Part shown: in pieces, positions 1 through 13,440 of the stretch | How the letters are laid out: every line of letters begins with the position of its first letter | Position numbering within the stretch: position 1 is the first letter of the stretch | Assembly: GCA_030141605.1 (NCBI GenBank) | Contig: JAQGDQ010000230.1 | Span: 186,001-250,000, forward strand | Reading direction: 5' to 3' | Source of the DNA: Tubiluchus corallicola | Taxonomy: Eukaryota > Animalia > Priapulida | Length of the DNA stretch: 64,000 bases | Translations under genes and position numbers: made by a program | Notes under the pieces: generated by a model | Told to the model about the DNA's origin: nothing | The model's input: only the letters and a program-made list of their open reading frames with translations | Databases searched by the model: none

Positions 1-1558
1 GTTTTCCTGCTCTTTGACATGCCGATCGCTTGCTTGTGTGCACTTGTGTAGTCACACACTTTCTGCGTTTGTTTTAAATAAAAGACTGTGTGCAATGCAT
101 AAAAATAGAAAAAATTATTTTCTCGTAGACAGTCTTAATGTAGAAGTCACATTACAAATGACAGTGAAGTTAAATGAAGTTAAGTGAATTTTGAAAACGA
201 ACTTGAAAAATAGGAAATATGAAAGCTAGAGCACAGTCTGTATTTGAACCAGAGAATTTCTGCTGACCCGGCAGACGACATGACCATGTCGAATAACAAA
301 TTTCTAGCTTAAACAGGTAGAACTCATGCCAGTCAGGTGAAAACAGCTTAGAGTAATCGAAACAACGTGAATTTTATACCAGAATATCAATGATACAAGA
401 CTCACATGCGTTCGTATTATTAAACAGACATTTGAATTTATAACATGGGTACATCTGAAGTTTGATTTCAATTTATTCGAACAAACGCAAGCCATATGTA
501 AATCGGCACTATGGATTACTAAGGAGAATAATGCTAGTAATTAGAAACATACGTTCTCTTAAACCGTGAATAAGATAGATGCTTTTGAGCAAGTTGACTG
601 TGTTCACATTGGAAAAGTCGGTGATTCACTTTGTTGAAAAGACATCATTGCTATTTTGACTAACTTATCAGTTAACCATGACATCATTCATCGCGGCAAA
701 ATGCGATTTGCTTCTCCCTTTACGAGGTTGTCTCGAAATCTAGGCTACATCGTAATTCTGAAAACAGATGAAAGCACATCATTTCAACCATAAAAGTCTT
801 GAATGAGTTATGTAACGGCTGCTCCAAAAATCTTTTTAGTCGTATTTATGAATATGTTAGATGTGCTATGAATTTATAGTGACAATAACTCACACAGAGG
901 GCGTTGTTATATAACATAGGGAGCTTTTCATTAATTTGTCAAATTTGTTTTCTGTTTCTCTTCACATTTTATTTTTAGTATATAATATCCATCGTACATT
1001 TGCTATTGTGCTATCCAAGTTTGGTCCTGTTGTGCATAATTTTTAAAACCATTAGCAAAGTAAACCTTTGTTTTGATTAAAATAATATTTTGCCTTAATT
1101 ACTTGCTTTCCTAAAAATAGGTTTTCAAATCATTTTCCTTTATCTCAATCACATTACTTTGTGCATTATTCTTAGTTGTTCATACGAAACCTCTTGTGAG
1201 GTTTCTTCATTTTCAAGACGCCTACACCCGCATCGGTGTTAGAACGACTTGCATTTAACTAACTGCCACACAGCAAAATGTCAAGCCCTTTTTGTTCGCC
1301 AAAGATAATTACACCTGAAAGGTTTTATTTTCGTATTTCTCGTGTGGCTCCGAGGATCATTATGGATTTGCTGCCATCATGCGAGCTAGCGAGCCTCCCA
1401 CGCATCATGCGTGGGTGTTTGTTATTTCAAAGGCCACTGTGAAAACCATCTTAGTAACGTGAAGCCGCGTCTCATTACAACTAATCATGGTGGCAATGAT
1501 TGTAATAAGATCACACAAGGAAAACTTTGTACATGAGAGACAGAAGGGGCAAGCCGCT

Positions 1559-1800
<242 letters not shown>

Positions 1801-2960
1801 TTGTACATTTCTATGATGAACACATAAACGTAGTGGAGGCTGTCATGTGATAATTGCAAGTTTATAGAAGCGCACAAAAAAGAAAAATGAGAGTAAAAGT
1901 AGAGACCGAGACAGACTGAAATAAAGAAAAGAGTGAGGAAATAGAGGAGACGTAAAGGGACGATAAGAAGGGATATGATGATAGTGTTAAGCTACCATCA
2001 TGTTTGTACGTCATTATTTTCGCGAAAATTTGGCACTTAGTTTTTGCTTTTAAAATTTCTTGTAGCACATGAAAAATAGTGCAGCAAAGCTATTCTCATA
2101 AACAGCAACCTATCCTGTTATGATAGTTTTTTACCAATCATTTATGATCGTGCTTATTGTAAAAATTTACTTTGAACTATTTTCATTTTTATTAGTTTTG
2201 CTCGTGTTTTTTCTCAGGCGGCTCATAACTTGGAACATAATTAATATTTGTGAGCATGCCGCCAGTTTTATTAACGAATTTTCTGAGCAATAAATTTATT
2301 CTTTGCTGAACAATAAATTTTGTCAACTAAGCATAGCAGAGGAACATAAAATCATGGTTTGGACAAAATTGGTTTCGCGTTGAGCAGCAGTGAATTTCTT
2401 ATGAATAATCATGGAATATTTTTAACATTGTAACACATCACAAAACGTCGATGTATAGGTTAAACATGAGCAACCCTACCAAGCGGAAGAGTCGCTGATG
2501 TCAAAGGCTTCACCACTAAGCCGGATAATTAGTGAAAGGGTCCACTGTGATCTGTTGTCTTTGAACATGCTATATCTCCATATCCAGCAAATGCCGTACT
2601 AGTCTCTCACTGTCACCTCATGTGATACGCCAAAATTTGAAAATGTGATTATTAACGATTAATGTCCAGTCGCAGTATCTCCTCCCTGCAATGGTATTTA
2701 CTCCCATCTACATTAAGATGTCAGAGTATATGCATGATTTTGACAATTATCAAAACAAACATTCTCTTTCCATGTATGCTGTTCTACATATTAGTGTGAA
2801 CAGTCATTCAGCTTGCGAAGATATAAGAAGACAAAGGAGAAAAATGGAAAAATGACAGAAAAAGAGAAAAAAGTAGAAAAAGAAAAATGCAGAAGAACGA
2901 GAAAGTAACGATTTGCTGTGCACGATTGAGAAAGTCAAGCTTACAGTTTCCAAACTTGTA

Positions 2961-3000
2961 GACGTCACGCGTCTTGGCTTCACCAAAAACTTGTAGTATT
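2961..3000 (+). repeat. 40-bp dispersed repeat, copy 1 (copy 2 at 4892-4931)
   Basis: gacgtcacgcgtcttggcttcaccaa... aligns without gaps to 4892-4931 at 32/40 by manual count. Confidence 0.7.
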
Positions 3001-4388
3001 GAACAGGCATTTGTGAGAAACAATTTTGAAGAAGATAAATTACTTTCTATGAATAATTTCAAAACGACAAAATAGTCTATATACCTGCTATAAAATTTCT
3101 AAAGTCTAAGCAACTAGGTCCACTGGAGTCTATTTTCTGAACCACAAGTTAAAATTTTGAGTATCTTGGCGTTTTCTGGACAAACATTTGGATATTTTGA
3201 TGCCCTTCATTGACATCGATTTCTTACCACGACTTTTTTGTTTTGTGAATGTCCCTTTTCTCTTCAGTCAAACAACTTTGTCACATCAGCTGATTGGTTA
3301 TTGATTCCTGATCGATTACTGATTGAATTGTTTTACTCTCATGCGCTTTTCTTCTTCAGATATTGACTTTTTTTATTTCTGATCTATTACTTAACGCTTT
3401 CGCCTTTGTATTTTGAAAAAGATATCCTATTCTTGTTTCTGGATGTGGGCATTACTAAACTACGTGACTATACCAACAAAAATAAAAAAATATGATAGCT
3501 CTTTTCTTTCGAAATGTAGAATGTAAACAGAAAGAAATGGGAATTTTAAAGTACACGTATATCCCAAAGAACTTTCCATACAAACTTATATTACTTAGCA
3601 TTACGCTCACCTGTTTGAAAGACTTATCTAACTGGAAAAGAAAATTCTAAATAATTTAAAATATTTCTTTCCCATCTGGTAAAACAGCATTGCATCACCA
3701 TGCTAGTGTGCGCCACTGATTCACCGAAAAACACGTTATTGATCATATTGATTATTTACCATAAAAAGTAATTTCAATTTTTTCTTAGTTAACGAAGAAT
3801 GCGCCGCAAATACCCTAATTATTTTTTTTAAATTCACGCAATGATATTTAAATTCGTTTAAAAACTGTGTTGAAATAGGTCAGACTAACGGTTTGCAAGT
3901 TTTATGCTGCGTTATTGCTGATGTAAGCCCTCTATGCAATTATATAGCACGTAAGTGATATATAAGTGATCAAGACGAATTTTTAAGCTTTATTTGTGAA
4001 GAATGTTTTCTTGTGCTTTAATTATAGCGTGTTAGCAGCAGCTGACCTGAATCTAATATAACATGGCTATTAGAAGCATCCAAAAGGAAGCCTGAAAGGG
4101 AATGTCTCTTGTGGTTTGCTGGTTTATCTCCTTTCATGCGTGACATTAATGAAAGTCTCGGTCATTTATTTCGGGAAAACACTATGCTAGTAATATATGT
4201 AGGTACAAGTTCCGATAGAACATGTTGAATAGAGGACGAAGAATCACTAACATGACAGCCTCATCTAAACAATTTGTTTTAGAAGTATGTAGTCTACGAT
4301 TATCGTTGTGCACCGCCTTTTAACACAAGACTCGTTGTCAACGAGCAAGGTGCTCAATCAGGCTTATCCTGTTTAAAGATTTTGCGTA

Positions 4389-4389
<1 letters not shown>

Positions 4390-4475
<86 letters not shown>
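4390..4475. repeat. (AAT)n microsatellite
   Basis: perfect trinucleotide run. Confidence 0.98.
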
Positions 4476-4891
4476 GACAGAATTTTAGGAGAAAAGATAG
4501 AATTTCAGATAAAAAGACTTTTAGGGAGATGAAAATATTAACTTTCTTCCAAGGTAGCTCATTTACCGTGTGAAGCAAATGAAGCCGTTTCTTGCTTCAT
4601 ATTAAGTAACAACTTTGAAAACTAATTTGAGCCATATCCTAGTTCACTCAGCAATGTTTGGTAAACAATTTAAAACAGAATTTATCCATTCCTCGGAATA
4701 TACTTCAACTCAGCCGGCTATATTGGTTATTGTTTGTCTGATTACTGCTCTTCTCTGAACATCGAAAATTGCTGTTATTAATCGGAAAATAATGAAGCGT
4801 TGTCAACAAGAATCACATTTCTCTTCATCTTAGCTCGGCTTTGCCTTCATCCATTCTGAAACCAATTTTAGTCAGAGCTTGACGTCGGAGT

Positions 4892-4931
4892 GACGTCACG
4901 CGCCTTGGCTTCATCAATACCTGCGGGTATT
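4892..4931 (+). repeat. 40-bp dispersed repeat, copy 2; overlaps CRE palindrome TGACGTCA (4891-4898)
   Basis: ungapped similarity to 2961-3000. Confidence 0.7.
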
Positions 4932-5019
4932 TCATGAAAAATAATAGAAACAGGTTAAGTTGAGGGAATTCAAAGACAGACACACTGTGAAAACCGGTAA
5001 TTGGCAATCCAATGATTTC

Positions 5020-5024
5020 GAGAC

Positions 5025-5081
<57 letters not shown>

Positions 5082-5089
5082 CGAGAGAG
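5020..5089. repeat. imperfect (AG)n microsatellite
   Basis: seen directly. Confidence 0.95.
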
Positions 5090-5929
5090 CTTAGCAGCCA
5101 CTCAGTATACTAATAATAATACACTATCCAATAAAAGGATGCAATTTCGCATTCAGCTTACTTTTGAAAATACGACAAAGCGAAATTACAATTTGAAGCA
5201 GATTGAAATGGGATTTTGAAAGTTCATAGTCTTTTAATTAAAGATTTACTAGTCTATCTATGAAATAATTCCGAATCAATGACAACAGGACTTCTATCAG
5301 TATGGTTACTACCTTCTGACAAACATTAATAATCTCTTACGATAGATTGGATTAGGTCAATTTCAGAATTACTCATAATTTTAGTGCCTTCATTTAGGTT
5401 TATCAACTCACTTTATATTTGCTGGCTCAATACAGTTTAATATTTAAAATTTATAGTTACAATTCGAGTATTTTTTTCGTGTTGCTGTGTGGAGCATGAA
5501 CGCTCACGCGTATTATAATCGTACGATTTAGCGGTAGTCATCCATGGAAGAATATGACACAGTTTTGGTTTTAGCGATAGCTCTATATTTAGCACAAATT
5601 GTAACTAATAATGTTATTCTTAGTATAAGCAATAATAGCAAGGCTTTCAGCACAATATTGTTGCTCTCAGCATTTGAGAAGAAAAATTCCCATGGCAACT
5701 GTGACGTCAGAGCTTACAGTGCTGCTTCTGTTGCTCTTCAGTTAACGAAATTAGCCAGGTTATTTGTATTGAACGCTGTTAATTTCTTGAGACAGCTACA
5801 GGTTCAGTGCTAAATGACGTAGGCTGAGTAGCTGTAGTATAGAAGCAGGTACTCAGAAAAAAAGTTATTTAGAAAATAAGTTGAAGCCTAGTCCAAGTAA
5901 GAGCCTGCGACTACAAAACATCAAGCTGA

Positions 5930-6158
5930 TAGCAACGACAACAAGTTTAATGTCGCCGAGAGTGACAACAATGACGACAACCTCGATGACAAAACGATGA
6001 TTATGGCGAGGTGATGAGGAGAACGCTGCTGATTCTGCTACTGCTGCTGATGATGATGACGATGACAACGAAGATGGCAATGAAAATGATGGTGAAATGA
6101 AGCTGACGATGATGATTCTGTTGCTGTTGCTGATGATGATATTGATGATGATGATGAT

Positions 6159-6193
<35 letters not shown>

Positions 6194-6230
6194 TGATGAT
6201 GAAGATGATGATGATGATGATGACGGTTAA
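5930..6230. repeat. degenerate (GAT/GAC/GCT)n trinucleotide low-complexity tract
   Basis: runs of gat/gac/gct with phase shifts; no coherent ORF. Confidence 0.85.
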
Positions 6231-6810
6231 ACACAAAGTAAAAAAGTGAAGAAGAAGAATAGGAAAAAAACAAAGGCTGAAATATTTGAGGTGAATGTTG
6301 TTGATAACAGTCATGAAGTAGAAAAAAGTAGACGAGGAGGAGAAAAGAAAGAGGAATTAATCAGGCACTGGCGGTATATGGGATGACAATGATAAATCAA
6401 AACAAGTGCAACACTCATTATTATTACACTTGGGATGACAAGAAACTTTCTAGTAAAGACAATGAAACAAGAAGTGAAAACTGTTTCGGCAGTGGAAAGG
6501 GAGCGACAGCAAGTAACAACAAAAACAATTTCAGTGGCGGCAATAACAACTAAAACAGTTGTAGTCGCCAGTCAACACAACAGCAGCAATACTGACAACA
6601 AAATAATAATAATATATAATAATAGAGCGAGATTACTATAATGTTCCCAATGTCCGTCATACATGTACAAGACTAACTGCTCGCTGATGCAATCAGACAA
6701 TAATGCAGCAGGTGCTGCCATCTATTCATGACAATACATACTTTGCAATTATTAAAGATGGAACTACAGCAACATTTCGAATCAGTTTTTGCAACGTCAT
6801 AACATTAATA

Positions 6811-6893
6811 CGAAAGCGTATTAGGGCCATTATATCCGATTGTAAAAAACGAGACTTTTTATAATCGGATATCATGGCCCTAATACGCTTTCG
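6811..6893. repeat. near-perfect inverted repeat (38-bp arms, 7-nt loop)
   Basis: 6811-6848 cgaaagcgtattagggccattatatccgattgtaaaaa matches the reverse complement of 6856-6893 at 36/38; loop acgagac. Confidence 0.95.
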
Positions 6894-8479
6894 CACATTA
6901 ATAAAACGAGACGCAATAAAATGATAAAATAAGGTAATCTTTCTTTTTAAACTACGCGTCGCCGTGTTGCCGTGGCAGCGTATTTCCACACTGTTTTCAA
7001 TACTCGCCACACTAAAAGTGCGTAAAATATTGCTTGCACATGAATGACTGAAAGAAGCGTTGTAGTGTGCTGGCACGAGGAAAGAGCAACCTATAGTTCA
7101 CAAGGGAGACTTGCCCTTATTAATGCTAATACTTCCTTGATCTTTGTTTGTTTGTTTCGCCACAAATTTTCCGCAAAAATGAATGCAGTAAGTTGCAAAC
7201 TATAAGGGATTAATCTCTTATCTTTCTTTACTGTAAAAAGCTAAATGTAGAATCGCTCTTGGCTTTTTGCAAAAAAGAATGAATAATTCTTACATGTACT
7301 CTTTGCAATCTTCGTACTGTGCCTTCAAGAACTTCTTGAGTGATTCTGGTGACAGTAATTTTAAATATACTATTTATTTATAATATTAAAATGTCCGTTG
7401 CGTATTGTTTTTTATCTTTGTAAAACTGTCAATAAAAGGACTAGCTGTAATAGTCTGCACACAATATAGCATTGATTGATTTCTACTCAGCAGAAATCTA
7501 GAAAATTCAACAAGCGTTAAGCAATCTGGAATCTTTGCTGCCTAAAGAGGACTGAGATTGGAGAAAAAGTTAATTATTTGCAGTAGAATTACCTTACTGC
7601 TCACAACTAGAGATTTCCACATTAAAAACATACATGAAGCTACCATCTACAAGTCAACAATGAAGATGATTCGGCAAATTCTATTTAGCAAGAAGAACGA
7701 ATTATAAAAAAGATAGTAAAAAGAACATACGAAAATTCATTTATAAAAAGTACAACATTTTTATTTAAAACTTGCTAAGCCAGTTCAACTCACAGGCTGC
7801 TCATCTAGATAAAAGCATGACTCGTACTGTATGACTCAGCAATGATTTTCAACGCGTATTTTTAAAACTGGTGATTTTTCCTGGTCAAATCTGTTCGAAA
7901 ACTAGTTAAAATTTACAAAGCTCTAGTGCTACTTCAGACTATATTTTTATGGAGTGGGAATAAAATTTAATTTTGCATGATTTAATGCGAAGGGTAGCGT
8001 AATAAGCACATTGTTATCCTGCAACTCATTGTCATTTATGCTATTTCTACGCATCTACGTAAATACTATAAATAACGTATAATTATAAAATACTATAAAT
8101 TTTAACGTTTAAAGGTTAAAGTGGAGTTTTTTTTCGCGTCTGCATTTTTAAACAGCAATATTAAGCGCCGGGTATATGTATCGTTACAATGTGTTGTTTT
8201 TTATATACTTTTCGGCACTCGGAAGCCAGGAATTATGCACGAAACGGCACGACCTACTTATTGCAGTAGATTGTGACAACACCAAAACCTACTTACATGT
8301 ATTATACATCCTCTCTCAGCGAAAGAAATGTAATAGGACAGATAGACCAGCAGAATCAATTTTCTTGGAAGCCTATTGTGTATTTCCCATTCTTTCGTTA
8401 ACCAGGCCTGGCATTGTTTAACTTCATAGCCAGGCACACACCGTGACCACGTAGGTATTCCGACAACTTCAGCGGTTGA

Positions 8480-8850
8480 ATTAGCGTTTAAAGTTCTGCA
8501 AAAAATATTACAGTTTTACATAGAATCATCTCTAGTTAGACCAACGCTCAAAACCGACTGCGGCTATAGCTGAATGAACTGTTGTTGTTGTTGATGTGGA
8601 GAATGGTAACAACTCAACAGAAACCTAGAAATTTAACAAGTGTTGAGCAAACTGGAGCCTTTGTTCCCTAAAGAAGATTGAGGATGGAAAACAACAGAGA
8701 AAATTATTAATTTGTAATTGTAGAGCTGACAGTGTCTGTAACGTTCTGGCAACTACTACGTTGGTGCTGCCGTCTACATGCAAGTAATGAAAAATATTGC
8801 TGATCGGCGAGTGTTCTTTGTGAAAGAATCTTTGATAGGAAAACGAAGTC
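8480..8850 (+). mobile_element. decayed hAT-like transposase fragment (central region)
   Basis: Manual translation through stops and frameshifts: KVLQKILQFYIESS..., VVDVENGNNST (cf. hAT DVxTRWNST), VLSKLEPLFPKED*GWKTTEKIINL (cf. LxxxEWxxLxxIxxLL), SGNYYVGAAVYMQVMKNI (cf. LSGxxYxT); order matches Ac/hAT transposases. Confidence 0.45.
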
Positions 8851-9429
8851 ATATACAAAAAAAAACAACAGAAAGAACACATCATCTGTAAGTGTACGAG
8901 TGTCGCTACCTGTGCAATATTCTTTCATATGTACGTGTGTATTTTTATGGATACATATATCAGTATCTGATAACCAGTTGTTAGTATCAGCTGCATCTTA
9001 ATCTCAGTTATCGCCTGGTTTTTCTTTTTATAGCGCATGTGAAAGCTAAACAAATTATCCTAATGTTTCTTCTGCGAAACTGATGTGCTTAAGCCAGCCT
9101 TTCCTGATTTGTACTTCGTAGCTTTTGTAGGTATCGTAAATCTTACAAGTAGTTCGTTTAGTGGCTACTAGGTGGCAGAAAGATGCAGTTAATCGCAGAG
9201 CCTTCACACTCACATTAACTATAACAGTCCAAATTTAAGCTCGAACACAGTTATGAGTAAGTAAGCAGCTAATTTTTCTACCACGTAGGACATTTAAGTG
9301 CCATTAAAAATTTTGATGAAACTGTTACGAATATTAATTATTATCGGCAGTTTTTCAATAACAAGGTAACACAGAGTAATTGAAATAACCACTAGCTTGT
9401 TGAAAACCCCTATGAGCTTTTGTATCTTC

Positions 9430-9705
9430 AACTACGACAACGACGATGACTACTATAAGGACAAAGGCAATGACAATGACAATACAACAACAACACAACA
9501 ACAGTAGCAGCAACAACAATAGCAACGACGACAGCAACAGCAACAACAATAACAACCATGGCAGTAGCAGCAACAGCAGGGACGATGACGATGTCAGCAA
9601 CAACAGCAGCATCAGCAACAACAGCAACAGCAGCAACAACAACAACAACAGTAGAAACGCCGACAACAATAGTAGTCGTAGGCTCGCAACAGCAACAATA
9701 ACACT
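9430..9705. repeat. degenerate (CAA/CAG/GAC)n low-complexity tract
   Basis: seen directly; explains ORFs 9355-9669 and 9446-9709. Confidence 0.9.
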
Positions 9706-11819
9706 CTAAATGTCTAACATATCAGTACGTTGACAACTATATTTATGGAGTAATTTTTATATGCGCCCTGGGGTTGAATCCGCCTCGTGACTTCACCATT
9801 TGGCTTCATTCCCTAGAGGGCTGTAATTCGGTTATTTTATTGTTGTGTAGAACACGACGATTAGCCTTATCGCTGAGGAGTAGCAGTCCGGGTGTGATGT
9901 GTTAATTTGCTGATAAGAAGCAAATCTCGTAAGCCGAGCAGTGAAAATTAATTACTTGTTTCTCATTAGGCAAGTTATTGCTATATAGCGGCCACTAATA
10001 TTGCTGCCGAAGTGAATCAACTGGATCTTGTATATTAAATTTGTGTAGAATGAGATGATAATAATTATCAAACGGGTTAGAAGATATTAGACAAAAATGA
10101 TGAGGCTTCTATCAAGTGCAAATGTTAAGTTGCAGCCTGAGAAAATATAATAGAGCAGTTGAAACAGTTGCTCTGTTACATAATATTACATCGTCTGTCT
10201 TCTATGCACTGTCGGATGACAAACTATAACTGACTGCCAACCAACAACCTACATAGAAAAATTGTCATTGAAACTAAAAAAGCTCGTTTTTTAAGAAAAA
10301 GCAAGAGAAAAGCTACTCAATAATTTGAATCAATTTTTTAATTTGAATTGAAAGTGGCAACCCTTTTAAAGTTTCAATGGTATAACAACTGCAGTGCAGC
10401 GCTGGCCATGGCGGCAAGGGTGATGTAATTTGCTTATAATTAACATAGTGAATATGCAATGAATTTCTTTTTTCTTCACTGTTTTTATTACAGAACGAGC
10501 ATTTCTATGGCTTCTGTAAGTAATTGACGTAATCTCTTCAACGCCGTTGCCCATATGGCACGGAAACCCACGAGCTAACAATGGAAGGCGGAAGAAATTA
10601 GTGAGGAGGATCCCACAGGGGCGAGACGGCGAAAAGATAAAGTGAAAATAAGGGTGGTTAACGTTAAATTTGCTTTGGCTGGGATAGGCGTAAGCTGCCA
10701 TTTGTATAAATACAAATACAAAAAAATGCTACAAAATGTAGTAAAATGTAACAAATATTGTGTAAGTACGTAATGAAATGCGTGAAATAAAATTGTAAAC
10801 ACCATTTTCTGATGTTTCGAGTACGTTATAAAAAATTACAATATAAAATGTAATAGAAATGGAAATTTTCTAGTCTTTTTATTATTGGTGTTTGATTAAT
10901 AATAATGTGGACTACATTTGTTTGTTTTATTTAAGAATTCGTAGATTATAGGTTTTCCTGTCCAATGTTTGTGTTTCCATGAGAAAATCGTTTCCAGTAT
11001 AACAAATACGAGGTCAGATGGTTTATGTTCAAAGCCTCAAAATCTTAAATAGACTTTAGGAGCCAGCGTTACGGCGTTGCCCGCAAGGCAACTCACCGTC
11101 CGGCAAATCGCAGATGGTATACTACAAGCGCTGATTTCATTGAACGGGAATACTGTTGTGTAACAGAAGAGGTGGAACTAAAATAAGGTTTCTGCCAAGT
11201 CGAAATTGTACTGTAGAATGCTACAAAATGTAGTTTTATCTAAGTTTTTGTTAGTATGAAATCTAAAATTAAGACACAGAGAAAAAAACATTTTTGTGCA
11301 TATGATGCTCCATGTAACTTAATAACTGTTGGATCACGTTGTTGTAATGTTGTTGTATAAGGTGTGATTTAACGACACCACCCCCTCTTCCAAACAGGGA
11401 AGAGGGATATTAGCTCTTGGGACGCACGTCTTGGATAGCTCATAATAGCGTGTAACAGGGATAATGGGGATTAGAATAAATTGAAATCATTGCCACTCTT
11501 AAGCAACTGATCCCCTTAATAGTTTAATGCATTTTATATACGAATAATAACCACCTGTTAGCAGAACTGTTTTAGCCTGACAATGTCTATGGAATAAAGT
11601 TGTATAATCATTTGTTACTGGATTATATGGCGGTCGGATATATATCTATATATATATATAATATGAAAATTTATATTTTCGTGCAAGTTATTAACCGTTT
11701 GCCTACTGGGTATTGCATAAATATACGTGTGACGTAAAACAGTCGTAATACACCTACGGAGAAGTGTCATGCTTTTTTGGTATCAGAACGTAGTATAACA
11801 TGTATTTTACACATAAAAA

Positions 11820-11891
11820 ATCACACGACCGGGAATCGAATACCTAGCCAAACATTATCATCTACATGCGACCATGCACCACTACAGCATT
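11820..11891 (-). mobile_element. possible degenerate tRNA-derived SINE head
   Basis: minus strand has A-box-like tgtagtggt and B-box-like ggtattcgattccc at plausible spacing; no intact cloverleaf. Confidence 0.3.
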
Positions 11892-12886
11892 TCAGTCACC
11901 TGTTAATCATAGTTTTACTTATAGTTTTACTTATAAAACCCAAAACCAAGAATCTTGTTTCATAACTGCCAGTATTACATTATTAAAGAATAAAAAACAA
12001 CAATAATAATTGCTAATTGAAAAAAAATTGTTGAAGTAGTTTTAATTCATTTTGACCTAGACCACATTTCACACCCAGATCAATTCTGTTCATGCTTATT
12101 ACCCGATGGGCGGAGATTCGTTTGAAAGATGAAATATAACCTAAACGTGCTAGAGTGAGCGGTCATAAATATTCTTTGGTTTCTGAAAAGAGGCTGAGCC
12201 ACGCAAGGTGACGAATTCTAAATTCAGTGGGTCGAACGATGGCTGTTATGCGGAATATGTGCGTTAATTAGTAATAATATATCACTGGCATTATAGATTT
12301 AAACAGACATAAAGCTTAATACTTGCAAACATACGTGTTAAATGTTCAAATTAATAAAACTTAAATAGATACGTGATTAAATAAATAAATAACAAGAAGT
12401 AATGTGTTAAAATTTTGCTGCTACATTGAACTTTTTCATGCTTTAAAATGTTATAAATAGTTAATCCGATGTGAAACAGATTGGTTTTTGTGGTCTTAAA
12501 ACATTTTCTATCTGCAGCATCAGCATCACTAACATCACATTTTTATTCCGCACAAATATATTAATTCGTTCTAGCCGCACTAAACCCCAGTGCGTAACGA
12601 TGAGCTGAGCAGAGGTATGTTTCGAGCCACTAATACTTTTCAAGAACTTCAGATTATATTCGATGATATTTATTACCTCATTGCTTGCAGGGCTAAGACT
12701 TCGTCAGATTATACTTCAAAATTATATGTCATACAATTAATTAATGGTTGTTGCCATAATGCATCTCCAAATTTAAATAAATACTCTGCAAACTCAGTAA
12801 AAAATTTAAAAAAATTCCACATCGAAAGAAAAAGAGGGAAGATAAATAAAGGGGAGAAAGAGAGCTAGGTATTATTAGCAGTTTTA

Positions 12887-13440
<554 letters not shown>

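Noticed and set aside
229-290. Possible tRNA gene or SINE head on the minus strand (ggttcaaatac B-box-like)
   Set aside because: No cloverleaf and only a weak A box; too degenerate to call
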